Positions 1-10,523 are shown, counted from the stretch's first letter. The stretch: 64,000 nucleotides of DNA from an uncultured Chloroflexia bacterium (GCA_963813535.1 CAWEZH010000002.1:672001-736000), one strand, 5' to 3'. Made by a program: numbers and translations. The notes: generated by a model from the sequence alone, not told the origin.

Positions 1-2
1 TC

Positions 3-434
3 GGTGAGCGCGTGATCCTCCTCGACGACCTTGGGGACTGGCGGGGTCTCGGGACAGCGCTACATCTCGCCGAAGGTGGCCACCACGTCACGATCGTCGC
101 GTCGGGATCGGTGGTCGGCAATGGGCTCGCCCACAGCGCAGCGGATGTGCCGTTGCGCCGTCGGTTCGTGGAGGCCGGCGGCGAGATGCGGCCCGATACC
201 GTCGTCCTCGGATGGGACGGCTCGGCGGCGACCGTTCGTTCGACGCTCACCGGCCGCGAGGACCGGCTCATGGCAGACACCATCGTCATCGCCGAGACGC
301 CCGCACCGGAGACCGCCCTCCAGGACGCCCTGCGCGCCGAGGGCATCGCGTTCGAGGCGATCGGCGACTGCGTGGCGGCGCGGCGGGCCAGTCTGGCCAT
401 CTACGACGGACGCGAGCTCGCGCTGCGCATCTAG
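3..434 (+). CDS. C-terminal part of an FAD/FMN-dependent oxidoreductase (Old Yellow Enzyme / trimethylamine-dehydrogenase-like); 5'-truncated by the window
   Basis: Ends with AIGDCVAARRASLAIYDG, typical of the C-terminus of TMADH/OYE-FAD fusions; frame is open from the window start. Confidence 0.7.
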   Translation, partial: GERVILLDDLGDWRGLGTALHLAEGGHHVTIVASGSVVGNGLAHSAADVPLRRRFVEAGGEMRPDTVVLGWDGSAATVRSTLTGREDRLMADTIVIAETPAPETALQDALRAEGIAFEAIGDCVAARRASLAIYDGRELALRI

Positions 435-458
435 GCGGCGCGTACCATGGCGTCGACG

Positions 459-2009
459 ATGGCGACACAGGAACTCGATCCCGCCACCCCCGTCCGTCGT
501 GGACGCTCGGCTCGGCAAGCGGAACGCCTTGCCCGGGCGATGGAGACGCTCCCCTACCTGACCCGCAAGCTGCCCCCGGTCGAGGTGGTCTCGACCGATG
601 GCCTCGAGGCGATCGAGCACAATGCCGACACGCTCCTCCAGGAAGTCGGCATCGAGGTCGTCAACTTCCCGGAGGCGGTCGAGATCTTCCGCTCGGCCGG
701 CGCGGACGTGCAGGGCACCCGCGTCCGCTTCGAGCGCGGGATGTGCCGCGAGATCGTCCAGGCGTCCGCCCCACGCGTGTTCACCCAGATCGCGCGCAAC
801 GCCGCGCGCAGCGTCGTCATCGGCGATCCGCACATGGTCCTCGTGCCGACGTACGGGTCGCCCTTCGTCCACAACCTCGACGACGGTCGGCGCTACGCCA
901 CGATCGAGGACTTTCGCAACTTCGTGAAGCTGACCTACACGAGCACGACGCTCCATCACGGTGGCGGAACGCTGTGCGAGCCCACGGACCTGCCGGTCAA
1001 CAAGCGCCACTTCGAGATGGTCTACAGCCACATCCGCTATTCGGATCGGGCGTTCATGGGCTCGGTCACGCATCCGTCGCGGGCACAGGACTCGGTCGAC
1101 ATGGCCAAGATCGTCTTCGGGCCCGAGACGCTCGAGCGCGAGCACGTGATCATGGGCCTAGCCAACGCCAACTCACCGATGTCGTGGGACTTCAACATGC
1201 TGGGCTCGGCCAAGGTCTACGCCGAGAACAACCAGATCATGCTGATCACGCCGTTCATCCTGGGCGGGGCGATGGCGCCGGTCACCGTCGCCGCCGATGC
1301 CACGCAGACGCTCGCCGAAGCACTGGCCGGCATGGCCTTCTGCCAGATCGTCCGGCCGGGCGCGCCGGTCATCTTCGGTTCATTCGCGTCGTCGATGTCG
1401 ATGCAGACCGGGGCACCCACCTTCGGCACGCCGGAACCCCAACTCGTGCTGTTCGTCCTCGCAGCCCTGGCGCGCCGGCTCGGCGTCCCGTTCCGGAGCG
1501 GGGGCAACTTCACGGCCTCCAAGCTCCCCGACTACCAGGCCGCCTACGAGAGCGCGATCAGCTTCATGGCCACGATGCAGGCCGGCGTGAACTTCAACCT
1601 GCATACGGCCGGCTGGCTCGAGGGCGGGCTCGCCATCGGCTACGAGAAGTTCATGCTCGACGAGGACCAGGCCTCGATGACGGCGGCGTACATCGGCGGG
1701 GTGGACCTGACCGACAACGGGCTGGCGCTCGACGCCATGCTCGCCGGCGGACCCGGCCAGCATTTCCTGGGGTCGCCGCACACGCTCGCCAACTTCGAGA
1801 ACGCGTTCTGGCGTTCTGAGCTGTCGGACAACAACAGCTTCGAGCAATGGGAACTCAACGGCGCGCACGACGCCGCTGCCCGGGCCAACGCGCGCTGGAA
1901 GCAGCGACTGGCCGAGTACCAGCAGCCACCGCTCGACGAGGCCATCCACGAGGAGCTGCTCGCCTGGCTGGAGCGCCGGCGCGCGAGCTTCCCCGACTCG
2001 GACGTCTAG
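459..2009 (+). CDS. Trimethylamine methyltransferase (MttB) family, non-pyrrolysine type
   Basis: Motifs NANSPM, GGAMAPVT, MSMQTGAPTFGTPE, ASKLPDYQAAYE, HTAGWLEGG; no in-frame TAG; alternative ATG at 447. Confidence 0.9.
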   Translation: MATQELDPATPVRRGRSARQAERLARAMETLPYLTRKLPPVEVVSTDGLEAIEHNADTLLQEVGIEVVNFPEAVEIFRSAGADVQGTRVRFERGMCREIVQASAPRVFTQIARNAARSVVIGDPHMVLVPTYGSPFVHNLDDGRRYATIEDFRNFVKLTYTSTTLHHGGGTLCEPTDLPVNKRHFEMVYSHIRYSDRAFMGSVTHPSRAQDSVDMAKIVFGPETLEREHVIMGLANANSPMSWDFNMLGSAKVYAENNQIMLITPFILGGAMAPVTVAADATQTLAEALAGMAFCQIVRPGAPVIFGSFASSMSMQTGAPTFGTPEPQLVLFVLAALARRLGVPFRSGGNFTASKLPDYQAAYESAISFMATMQAGVNFNLHTAGWLEGGLAIGYEKFMLDEDQASMTAAYIGGVDLTDNGLALDAMLAGGPGQHFLGSPHTLANFENAFWRSELSDNNSFEQWELNGAHDAAARANARWKQRLAEYQQPPLDEAIHEELLAWLERRRASFPDSDV

Positions 2010-2018
2010 CACCCGCAG

Positions 2019-2975
2019 GTGGCCGCGCCGACCAAGCTGATCCTCGATGTCGATACCGGCACCGACGACGCGATCGCGCTCATGGTGGCAGCGCTCCATC
2101 CGGACATCGAGCTCGTGGCGGCGACCACCGTCAACGGCAACAACCCGGTCGCCTACTGCACGGACAACACGCTCCGGGTGTTCGACCTGCTCGACGCGCC
2201 GATACCCGTGCACGAGGGCGCAGCGTCTCCGCTGATCCGTGACGACTTCCCGATCCCCCGGGCCGTCCTGCACGCGGCCGGCAGCATGCACGGCCTCGAG
2301 CTGCCCATCCCCAAGCCGCGGTCCGTCAAACAGTCGCCCAATGCTGTGGAGTTCCTCATCGAGACGTACCTCGCGGCCACCGACGAGATCGTCCTGATGC
2401 CTGTCGGCCCACTCACCAACATCGCCCTCGCGATACGACGCGAGCCGCGGATCGTCGAGCGCATCCCCCGGGTGATCGTGATGGGCGGCGCGCACGACGC
2501 GGGCAACACCACGCCCTCCGCCGAATTCAACATCTGGGCCGATCCCGAGGCCGCGCAGGTCGTCTTCCGGGCCGGGCTCCGGGACGTGACGCTCATCCCA
2601 CTGGACGCCACCCATCGGGCACTGGTGTCAGCCGCGGACTGTGAGCGGCTCCGGGGACTCGGAACGCCTGCCTCGATGGCTGCCGCCGCGATCGTCGAGG
2701 AGCGGATCGCCGCGTACGACGACCTGCAGCCGATGGAGATCGCCCGCTCGGCACCGGTCCACGATGCGCTGTGTGTCGCGTATCTGGTCGACCCGGACGT
2801 CGTGACCGGTCGTCGCGTCCACGTCGACATCGAGACGAGCGGGGAGCTGACGGTCGGGCGGACCGTCATGGACACGCACGGACGCTTCGGTTCGGCGCCG
2901 AACGCCTTCGTCGCGTTCGATGCGGACGGTCCGCGGTTCGTCGAGCTACTGCTGGACGTCCTCGCCCGCTCGTAG
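2019..2975 (+). CDS. Inosine/uridine-preferring nucleoside hydrolase
   Basis: DVDTGTDD (DxDxGxDD), GPLTNIA, GNTTPSAEFNIWADPEAA, VHD motifs. Confidence 0.92.
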   Translation: MAAPTKLILDVDTGTDDAIALMVAALHPDIELVAATTVNGNNPVAYCTDNTLRVFDLLDAPIPVHEGAASPLIRDDFPIPRAVLHAAGSMHGLELPIPKPRSVKQSPNAVEFLIETYLAATDEIVLMPVGPLTNIALAIRREPRIVERIPRVIVMGGAHDAGNTTPSAEFNIWADPEAAQVVFRAGLRDVTLIPLDATHRALVSAADCERLRGLGTPASMAAAAIVEERIAAYDDLQPMEIARSAPVHDALCVAYLVDPDVVTGRRVHVDIETSGELTVGRTVMDTHGRFGSAPNAFVAFDADGPRFVELLLDVLARS

Positions 2976-5045
2976 CGCGGTCTCTTCGGCGGCGACGATC
3001 AGCTCGCCGCCGCGGTCCTGCAGCCGGCGCAGCTCCTCGAGCGGGATGTGGCAGCTCATCAAGTGGCCGGGCTCGACCTCCGCCAGGGGCGGCTCGGTCA
3101 CCTCGCACAGACCCGGGATCATCCGCGGGCAGCGCGTATGGAACACACAGCCCGACGGCGGGTTGGCCGGGCTCGGCACCTCACCCTCGAGCCGGATCCG
3201 GGTGCGCGGTTCGCCATCCAGGCTCGGGACCGCGGAGAGCAACGCTTCCGTGTACGGATGGTTCGGGCCCGTGAACACCGCCTCGGACTCGCCCACCTCC
3301 ATGATCCTGCCGAGGTACATCACGGCGATCCGATCGGCGAGATAGCGCACCACGCCGAGGTCGTGTGAGATCAGGAGGTAGCTCGCCTTGCTCTGTACCT
3401 GGAGCTCGGACAGGACGTTGAGGATCGCCGCCTGCACGGATACGTCGAGCGCGCTCGTCGGCTCGTCGGCCACGACGATCCGCGGATCCCCGGCGAAGGC
3501 ACGCGCGATCGCGACCCGTTGCTTGAGCCCGCCGGACAGCTGGCGCGGCTTCAGGTCGAGATGGCGCTGCGTCAGGCGCAGCGACGACGCCAGCGTGTCG
3601 ACGCGCTCGGTCACGGCCTTGCCACGCAGCCCCGTCAGCTTCGAGACGGAGCGCGACAGGATGTTGCGGACCGTCCAGCCGCGGTTGAGCGCGGAGTCGG
3701 GGTTCTGGAACACCATCTGGATCGAACGCTTGTCGGCGGTCGGTCGGCTGGCGGTATCGCCGGCGAGCGCATGGTCATCGAGCTCGAGCTGACCGCCGGC
3801 GTCGGGCGTCTCGATGCCAAGGATGGTCTTGGCCAGCGTGGATTTGCCCGAGCCCGACTCGCCCACAAGCCCGAGCGTCTCCCCGTCGTGGAGTTCGAGG
3901 TTGATCCCGACCACCGCCGGGACATCGCTGCCCGACGAGTGGAAGGTCTTCGAGACACCGGTGATGTTCAGTGCGAGGTCACCCATCGGGATGGCGGCCT
4001 GACCCACACCGGCAGCTGGGGCCTTGAGCTCGCCGATCCGCTCCCAGTGGTGGCAGCGGGTCCATTGCCCGTTCGCCAGCTCGACCACCGGCGGGATGAC
4101 CTCGCGACACAGATCGGTTGCCAGCGGGCAGCGATCCACGTAGACGCATGTCGGCAGCGGCGTCCCGATCTGGGGCAGGGTGCCCGGGATCGTGGCCAGC
4201 GGACGCTCCGACTTGCGGATGCCGTGGCGCGGCAGCGATTGGAGCAGACCGACGGTGTACGGATGCTGCGGGCGCTCGAAGACGGTGACCGCGTCACCCT
4301 CCTCGACGATCTTGCCGGCGTACATGACCCCGACGCGATCGCACATCGTGCGGATGACGCCGAGGTTGTGCGCGATGAGGAGGACGGCGGCGTTCGTCTC
4401 GGCGACCAGCGAGCGGACGAGGTCGAGCACGCTTGCCTCGACGGTCGCGTCGAGGCCGGTCGTCGGCTCGTCGAGCACGAGGAGCTGCGGATCGCAGGCA
4501 AGCGCGATGGCGATGACGATCCGTTGCTGCATCCCACCGGACAGCTGATGTGGGTAGCGCTGGTAGACGCGCTCCGGGTCCGCGATGTGGACGCGTCGCA
4601 GCGCCGCCAGCGCACTCTCGCGCGCCTGATCGCCGCTCTGGCCGAGGATCGTGAAGGCCTCGGCCACCTGCGGTCCGACCTTGGTGGTCGGGTTCAGGGC
4701 CCCGCCCGGGTCCTGATACACCATCGACGCGTGGTTCGTCCGGAACTCGCGGACCTGCTCGTCGTTCATCTTCGTGATGTCGTCGCCGCCCACGAGGATG
4801 CGACCGCCGGTGATCACCGCATTACGGGGCAGGTAGCGCAGCGCCGCGTAGGCCGTCGTGGACTTTCCGCAGCCCGACTCCCCGACGAGCCCGTACGACT
4901 CGCCCGGCTTGATGTCGAAGCTCACGTTGCGCAGCACCGGGCGTCGGATGCCACGCACGACATAGGCCAGCGAGAGGTCCTCGACGCGCAACGCCGCAGC
5001 CTGCGGCGTGGTCTCCGGGGGCGGCGGGGCGGCTTCGACAGTCAT
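2946..5045 (-). CDS. Peptide/nickel ABC transporter, fused dual ATP-binding protein
   Basis: Two Walker A motifs (GESGCGKST, GESGSGKST), two LSGG signatures, oligopeptide-type HPYT and C-terminal Cys motifs; start MTVEAAP overlaps the upstream stop. Confidence 0.92.
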   Translation of the reverse strand: MTVEAAPPPPETTPQAAALRVEDLSLAYVVRGIRRPVLRNVSFDIKPGESYGLVGESGCGKSTTAYAALRYLPRNAVITGGRILVGGDDITKMNDEQVREFRTNHASMVYQDPGGALNPTTKVGPQVAEAFTILGQSGDQARESALAALRRVHIADPERVYQRYPHQLSGGMQQRIVIAIALACDPQLLVLDEPTTGLDATVEASVLDLVRSLVAETNAAVLLIAHNLGVIRTMCDRVGVMYAGKIVEEGDAVTVFERPQHPYTVGLLQSLPRHGIRKSERPLATIPGTLPQIGTPLPTCVYVDRCPLATDLCREVIPPVVELANGQWTRCHHWERIGELKAPAAGVGQAAIPMGDLALNITGVSKTFHSSGSDVPAVVGINLELHDGETLGLVGESGSGKSTLAKTILGIETPDAGGQLELDDHALAGDTASRPTADKRSIQMVFQNPDSALNRGWTVRNILSRSVSKLTGLRGKAVTERVDTLASSLRLTQRHLDLKPRQLSGGLKQRVAIARAFAGDPRIVVADEPTSALDVSVQAAILNVLSELQVQSKASYLLISHDLGVVRYLADRIAVMYLGRIMEVGESEAVFTGPNHPYTEALLSAVPSLDGEPRTRIRLEGEVPSPANPPSGCVFHTRCPRMIPGLCEVTEPPLAEVEPGHLMSCHIPLEELRRLQDRGGELIVAAEETALRAGEDVQQ

Positions 5046-5962
5046 TCGGCCAGGACCGACTGTAGCGAGTCGGCGATGAAGTTGATCGCGACGACGGTGC
5101 TCGCGATGGCGAGCGCCGGGAACAACGTCGGCCACCAGACGCCGGAGATCATGTTCGTGTACTCATCGGCGATCGTCAGGCCCCAGTCGGCCGACGGGGG
5201 CTGGATGCCGACGCCGAGGAACGACAGCGTGGCGACCGTGAAGATCGCGTAGCCGAAGCGGACCGTCAGCTCGACCACGATCGGCGGGAGCACGTTCGGG
5301 AAGATCTCCCGAGAAAGGATGAAGAAGCCCGACTCACCACGGAGCTTCGCCGCGGTGACGTAGTCGAGCTGGCGTTCGGACAGCACCGCGGAGCGCACCG
5401 TGCGCGCGACGATCGGCGCGAACAGGATGCCGACCACCGCCACGACGACGCTTGGCGACGGCCCGAGGACCACGAGCGCCAGCAGTGCGACGAGGATGAC
5501 CGGCAGGGCAAGGAACGCTTCGACCAGGCGGCTCAGGACATCGTCGATGGTCCCCCGGTAGTACCCCATGATCAGACCGAGAAGCGTCCCGGCGCCGACT
5601 CCGAGGAGCGCGGCCAGCGGCGCGATGATCAGCACGTCGCGTGAACCGACCATCACCCGCGACAGCACGTCACGGCCCAGGCGATCCGTCCCGAAGATGT
5701 GCAGTTCCGTCGTGCCCGTCAGCGTCGTGAGCTGGCCAGGGGGCTGGTGGTTCCGCGTGAAGTCGTTGAACGGGTCATACGGGGTGATCGCCTCGCCGAG
5801 GATCGCCGTGAGGATCCAGCCGACGAGCACGACGATGCCGATGATGAAGGTCGGTCGGCGAAGGAGGACGCGTAAGGTCTCGCGCCTGGCTTGGGCGCGC
5901 TCGGACACGTTGCTGGCCGCCACAGGGGCGATCGCGGGGCCTGGGGTGATCGGGACATCCAT
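5042..5962 (-). CDS. Peptide/nickel ABC transporter permease (DppC/OppC-like)
   Basis: FGTDRLGRDVLSR, EAA-like loop, LSFLGVGIQPP; start at MDVPITPG. Confidence 0.9.
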   Translation of the reverse strand: MDVPITPGPAIAPVAASNVSERAQARRETLRVLLRRPTFIIGIVVLVGWILTAILGEAITPYDPFNDFTRNHQPPGQLTTLTGTTELHIFGTDRLGRDVLSRVMVGSRDVLIIAPLAALLGVGAGTLLGLIMGYYRGTIDDVLSRLVEAFLALPVILVALLALVVLGPSPSVVVAVVGILFAPIVARTVRSAVLSERQLDYVTAAKLRGESGFFILSREIFPNVLPPIVVELTVRFGYAIFTVATLSFLGVGIQPPSADWGLTIADEYTNMISGVWWPTLFPALAIASTVVAINFIADSLQSVLAE

Positions 5963-6915
5963 CAGCGTTCCGCGTCGAGTCGGATCCGCGGATTCATCCA
6001 GGCGATGATGACGTCCGCAACCAGCGTGGCGAGCATATACACGATGCCGATGATGATCGCCCCCGCGGTGAGCGTCGGGATGTCCTTGCGTTGCGCAGCG
6101 AACAGCATCGTCTGACCCATGCCGTTGTAGTTGAAGATGCGCTCGACGGCGATGATCCCGCCGAAGAGGTACCCGATCTGGACCGCGATCACGGCAACGG
6201 TCGGGATCAGCGCGTTGCGCAACACGTGGCGGGCCATGGTCTGTCGAGTGGTAAGGCCCTTCATCGTCGCGGTCCGCGTGTAGTCCGACTGGAGGACCTC
6301 GATCGTGCCGGCCCGCGTCATGCGTGCGATGTAGCCGAAGTACACGATCGCCATCGCGAGGGCAGGCAAGAGGAGATAGCGCAGCTCGGTCAGGAAGTCC
6401 GCGCCGCGGGGAGCTCGCGCGGTCACCGGGAGCCAGCCCAGCTGGACGCCGACCACGACGATGAGGATCGTGCCGGTGACGAACTCGGGAATCGAAGACG
6501 AGGTGAGGCCGAGCAGGACGACGGCGCGGTCGGCCGGTCGGTCGCGTCGGCGTGCCGCGATCAGGCCGGCGACGATGGCGACCGGGATGGTGATGATGAG
6601 CGCGAGCCCGGCCAGCTTCGCGGACCGAGCGATGGCCTCCGCCAGTGTCGGCAGCACGGGCTTGTTGGTGACGAACGAATCCCCGAAGTCGAGAGTCACG
6701 AGCCCGACCATCGAATCGACGTACCGCTCGATGATCGGTCGGTTCGTGCCCAGCCGCTCGTTCAGCGCATCGACGCTCTCCTGCGGCGCGAACGGTCCCA
6801 GGATCGTGCGGCCGACGTCGTTCGGCAGGACGTTGGCGATGATGAAGACGATCGAGGCGAGCAGCCACAACGTGAGGAGTGACAGGAGCAACCTGCGCGT
6901 GATGAATCGTGCCAT
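5962..6915 (-). CDS. Peptide/nickel ABC transporter permease (DppB/OppB-like)
   Basis: LDFGDSF, DYTRTATMKGL, HVLRNALIP, VERIFNYNGMG. Confidence 0.92.
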   Translation of the reverse strand: MARFITRRLLLSLLTLWLLASIVFIIANVLPNDVGRTILGPFAPQESVDALNERLGTNRPIIERYVDSMVGLVTLDFGDSFVTNKPVLPTLAEAIARSAKLAGLALIITIPVAIVAGLIAARRRDRPADRAVVLLGLTSSSIPEFVTGTILIVVVGVQLGWLPVTARAPRGADFLTELRYLLLPALAMAIVYFGYIARMTRAGTIEVLQSDYTRTATMKGLTTRQTMARHVLRNALIPTVAVIAVQIGYLFGGIIAVERIFNYNGMGQTMLFAAQRKDIPTLTAGAIIIGIVYMLATLVADVIIAWMNPRIRLDAER

Positions 6916-6957
6916 CGCGTGGCTCGCCCCATCCCCTCAGCTCGATGGATAGGCGAA

Positions 6958-6982
6958 GGCGACGGCCCGAGGGGCCGCCGCC
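6958..6982 (-). terminator. Intra-operon GC hairpin between the SBP gene and the permease (terminator or mRNA stabiliser)
   Basis: Inverted repeat ggcgacggccc-gag-gggccgccgcc just downstream of the SBP stop; no U-tract. Confidence 0.45.
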
Positions 6983-6997
6983 CTCACGTGGTGCCCG

Positions 6998-8716
6998 TTA
7001 GGCGACCTGCTGTGTCGTTGCGAAGGACATCTGACCCAGGGCGCTCGAGAACACCCCGGTGAACTTGTTCGAGTTGCCGGCGAGATAGTTGTAGAAGTAC
7101 GGCACGCCGACCGGGATGTCCGTGTTCAGGATCGTCTCGATCTTCGTGCACGCCGCCTTCTGGGCATCGACGCCGATGGCCGCCTGGAACTCGGCGAACG
7201 CTGCGTCGAACTCCGACGAGTTGTACTGCGACGAATTCCAGATGCCCTCGCTCTTGAGCGCCGCGTTCAGGTAGACGTCCGGCGTGGCGCGGTGGCCGTA
7301 GTCGACGATGCCGAGCTCGGCGGCGCCGGAGCACGGCGGACTGGCGGGCTCGGCCGGGCACCACTGGGCGCCGTAGAACGTGTCGAGGCTCTCGACCTCG
7401 ACGTTGAGCGTGATCCCTGCCTCCGCAGCCTGGCTCTTGAGAAGCGCAGTCAGGTCGGGGATCTCCTGCAGGTTGCCGGCATGCAGGGTCGCGGTGAGAC
7501 CTTCGGCACCGGCCTCTGTGAGGAGCGCCTTGGCCCGGTCGACATCACGCGTCCGCTGCGCCACGGACGCATCGAAGTACGGGTAGCCCTGCCAGATGAC
7601 GTGGTCGTTGGCCACCTCGGCCCGGCCCTGGAAGAGCTGCTGGACGAGCGCCTCGCGATCCCAGGAGAGCGCCAGAGCCTCGCGGACCTTGGCGTCCGCG
7701 AACTGGCCCTTGTCGACGCGCATCCAGATCTGCCGATGCAGGGCGGCCGGTTGCGCGATGAGCGTGAAGTTCGGGTCGGTAAGCAGGGCCGCCCCGGTCA
7801 GGACGTCGAACTGCACGATCGCGTCGACCTGGTCGCCCTGGTATGCCGTGATCATCGGCCCGGTCTCGTCGAAGAAGATGAATTCCGTGCTGTCGAGGGG
7901 CGTCTGTCCGCCCCACCACTCCGTGTTGCGCTCGAACGTCGCGCCTTCCTGCTGGTTGTAGTTCGTCAACTTCCAGGGACCGGTCCCCGTCGGGCGAGCG
8001 TCAGCCGTCGTGCCGGCCACGTAATCCTTGGGCGTGATGACCGTCTGCGCGTTGTAGATCGAGACGAGGTACGGGAAGTTGCCGTTGGCGCTCTCGAGGG
8101 TCATCGTCACGGTCGTGGGATCGGTCGCGACCGCGCCACCCGCGGGCAGGACGCCCTTCAGGCCCGAATTGCCCGCCGCGACGAGCCGCTCCATCGTGGC
8201 GACCACGTCGTCCGCCGTCAGCGGCGAGCTGTCGTGCTGCCACTTCGCGTCGGGGTTGAGCTTGAACGTCCAGACGGTGCCGTCTTCATTCGCCTCCCAG
8301 CTGGCGGCGAGCGCCGGCGAGAGGCCGCCCGGATCGGCGGGGTCCGTGTTCTGGCCGCACAGGAACTCGAACGACTGGGCGACGATGCCGTAGCCACCGA
8401 GGTCCTGCATCGCCACCGGGTCGACCGACACGGGGCGCTGGATCGCGCAGCGGATCGTGCCGCCGGCCACGGCCGCACTTGCCGACGCGCTGGCGCCGGC
8501 GCTCGCACTGGGACCAGCCGAAGCCGGTGCGGCGCTTGGGGTGCCCTGGCCGCAGGCCGCGAGGACCAGGCTGACCGCGGGCAGCGACAGCCCGATGACC
8601 GACGCGCGCGTGATGAATTGACGCCGGGAGATCCTGCCGCTCGCGAACGAGTCGACGAGATCGAGCTCGATAGGCGTCGCCTTTCGACGCACGAGATCAA
8701 GCCGGGAATAGTCCAT
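6998..8716 (-). CDS. ABC transporter substrate-binding lipoprotein (family 5) with Tat signal
   Basis: SRRQFI twin-arginine motif, LAAC lipobox, PTGTGPW; RBS gaggagg before ATG 8716. Confidence 0.9.
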   Translation of the reverse strand: MDYSRLDLVRRKATPIELDLVDSFASGRISRRQFITRASVIGLSLPAVSLVLAACGQGTPSAAPASAGPSASAGASASASAAVAGGTIRCAIQRPVSVDPVAMQDLGGYGIVAQSFEFLCGQNTDPADPGGLSPALAASWEANEDGTVWTFKLNPDAKWQHDSSPLTADDVVATMERLVAAGNSGLKGVLPAGGAVATDPTTVTMTLESANGNFPYLVSIYNAQTVITPKDYVAGTTADARPTGTGPWKLTNYNQQEGATFERNTEWWGGQTPLDSTEFIFFDETGPMITAYQGDQVDAIVQFDVLTGAALLTDPNFTLIAQPAALHRQIWMRVDKGQFADAKVREALALSWDREALVQQLFQGRAEVANDHVIWQGYPYFDASVAQRTRDVDRAKALLTEAGAEGLTATLHAGNLQEIPDLTALLKSQAAEAGITLNVEVESLDTFYGAQWCPAEPASPPCSGAAELGIVDYGHRATPDVYLNAALKSEGIWNSSQYNSSEFDAAFAEFQAAIGVDAQKAACTKIETILNTDIPVGVPYFYNYLAGNSNKFTGVFSSALGQMSFATTQQVA

Positions 8717-8838
8717 GGTGCCTGTCCTCCTCGACCATGTGACGGGACCCGTGATGCTCCGCACCACCATCCAGCCGGACGGTCCGTGCTGGGGAACTCC
8801 TCCGGAAGCCGCCACGGTAATGGCGTGCACCCCTCGCG

Positions 8839-10470
8839 TCAACGGACGGAGCGTTGTTCCTGAGTGACGACGGACCCGCGGAGGGCGTACGGACCCGCGT
8901 GGTCGATCCGCACATGAACGTCCTGGCCGAGGAGCGACACATCGCCCGGCAGGTGGACCAGCTTGTTGCCACGCGTCCGGCCCGAGACCCGCGGCCCCCT
9001 GTCGATACCCGGGCCGTCGTGGTCGTGCGTCCGCGGCGGAGCGAGGGCGTCGACGAGGACCTCCACCTCACGATCGAGCCAGCCGCGGTTGCGCTCCAGT
9101 CCGATGCGCTCCTGGACCGCCAGCAGCTGGTTCAGTCGGCGCCGCTTCACGTCGGGCGGCACATCGTCGGCGAGCTTCGTCGCCGGTGTCCCTGGCCGCG
9201 GCGAGTAGGCCGCGGCGAAGACCTGGTCGTAGCGGACGTCCTCGAGCAGGGCAAGCGTCCGTTCGAACTGGTCCTCGGTCTCGCCGCAGAACCCCACGAT
9301 CACGTCGGTCGAGATCGTGATGCCCGGGACGGCCTCGCGGATCCTGTCGAGCCGCTCGCGGTAGTGCTCGATCGTGTACTGGCGACCCATCCGGCGCAGC
9401 ACCGCGTCGTCGCCCGACTGGACCGGCAGATGGAGGTGCTCGCAGACGCTCGGACAGTCGGCCAGGGCCGCGATCAGCCGGTCGGACAGGTCCCACGGAT
9501 GGGAGGTCACGAAGCGCAGGCGCGGGACAGCCGGGCGGCCGTCGGCAGTTCGGAGGGCGTCGATGGCCCTGATGAGCTCGGCCAGGTCGGGTCGACCGTG
9601 CAGATCCAATCTGCGGCCCGCCCAGCGCTCGGCATCGACATGCGCGAAACGTGGCTCCGGGTCGAGGTCATGGCCGTACGAGTTCACGTTCTGGCCGAGC
9701 AGCGTGACTTCCCGATAGCCCGCTGCCGCCAGCGCCCGGGCCTCCTCCACGATGTCGTCGAACGGGCGGCTGCGCTCCGGTCCGCGGCTGAACGGCACGA
9801 TGCAGTAGGTGCAGGTCTTGTCGCAGCCGTAGATGATCGGCAGCCAGGCGCTGATCGTCGATCCGCGTGCGACGGTCCCCTCCCCGACCGCCCGAGCGCG
9901 TGTGCCGGACAGGTTGTCCGCGGCACCGACGACGGTCCGACCGACCGTCGTCGTCGCACCGATCGCACCGATGACACCCTGCGCGGACGCCAGTCCGAGC
10001 CTGTCGACGAGCTCGGGCTCCTCATCCGGCCGCAGGAACAGGTCGACTGCCGGATAGCGGCGTCGAAGGCCGTCACGCTCGGCCTCCCGGACCGCACATC
10101 CGGTCAGGACGACCCGCATGCCCGGGTTCGCGGTCTTGAGCCGGGCGAGATGGCCCTGCCGGCCGACGACCTTCTGCTCGGCGCCCTCGCGGATGGCACA
10201 GGTGTTGATGACGACGAGGTCGGCCGACTCGAACGAGTCGGCTTCCTCGCAACCCGCCGCGAGCAAGCGACCGGCCATCTCCTCGGAGTCGCTGCGGTTC
10301 ATCTGACAGCCGAGCGTCCACACGTGGAAGCGAGGCAGCGCCGCCGGCTCGAGCCGGTACTCGGTCAGCCGGTCGTCGACCGGTTCGGGGGCGCGCGGTG
10401 TCCGGACCGGCGCGGGCGCGACGACGTCCAGGACCGGCAGCGTTCGGGTGAGTGATCGAGGGGCAGCCAC
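8839..10470 (-). CDS. miaB: tRNA-2-methylthio-N6-dimethylallyladenosine synthase MiaB
   Basis: TLGCQMN, NTCAIRE, radical SAM CDKTCTYC, LLGQNVNSYG, C-terminal TRAM domain. Confidence 0.92.
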   Translation of the reverse strand: MAAPRSLTRTLPVLDVVAPAPVRTPRAPEPVDDRLTEYRLEPAALPRFHVWTLGCQMNRSDSEEMAGRLLAAGCEEADSFESADLVVINTCAIREGAEQKVVGRQGHLARLKTANPGMRVVLTGCAVREAERDGLRRRYPAVDLFLRPDEEPELVDRLGLASAQGVIGAIGATTTVGRTVVGAADNLSGTRARAVGEGTVARGSTISAWLPIIYGCDKTCTYCIVPFSRGPERSRPFDDIVEEARALAAAGYREVTLLGQNVNSYGHDLDPEPRFAHVDAERWAGRRLDLHGRPDLAELIRAIDALRTADGRPAVPRLRFVTSHPWDLSDRLIAALADCPSVCEHLHLPVQSGDDAVLRRMGRQYTIEHYRERLDRIREAVPGITISTDVIVGFCGETEDQFERTLALLEDVRYDQVFAAAYSPRPGTPATKLADDVPPDVKRRRLNQLLAVQERIGLERNRGWLDREVEVLVDALAPPRTHDHDGPGIDRGPRVSGRTRGNKLVHLPGDVSLLGQDVHVRIDHAGPYALRGSVVTQEQRSVR

Positions 10471-10523
10471 TGCGGCGTCATGGTACCCGTGCCTCGCCGC
10501 GAGCCCCGCTATCCTCGATGACC

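Noticed and set aside
2019-2975. Nucleoside hydrolase as the queuosine hydrolase QueK partnering the variant TGT
   Set aside because: It is 16 kb from tgt, linked to mttB, and I cannot identify QueK-specific residues by eye
10471-10523. yybP-ykoY manganese riboswitch upstream of terC
   Set aside because: Only 53 bp separate miaB and terC, and terC looks leaderless
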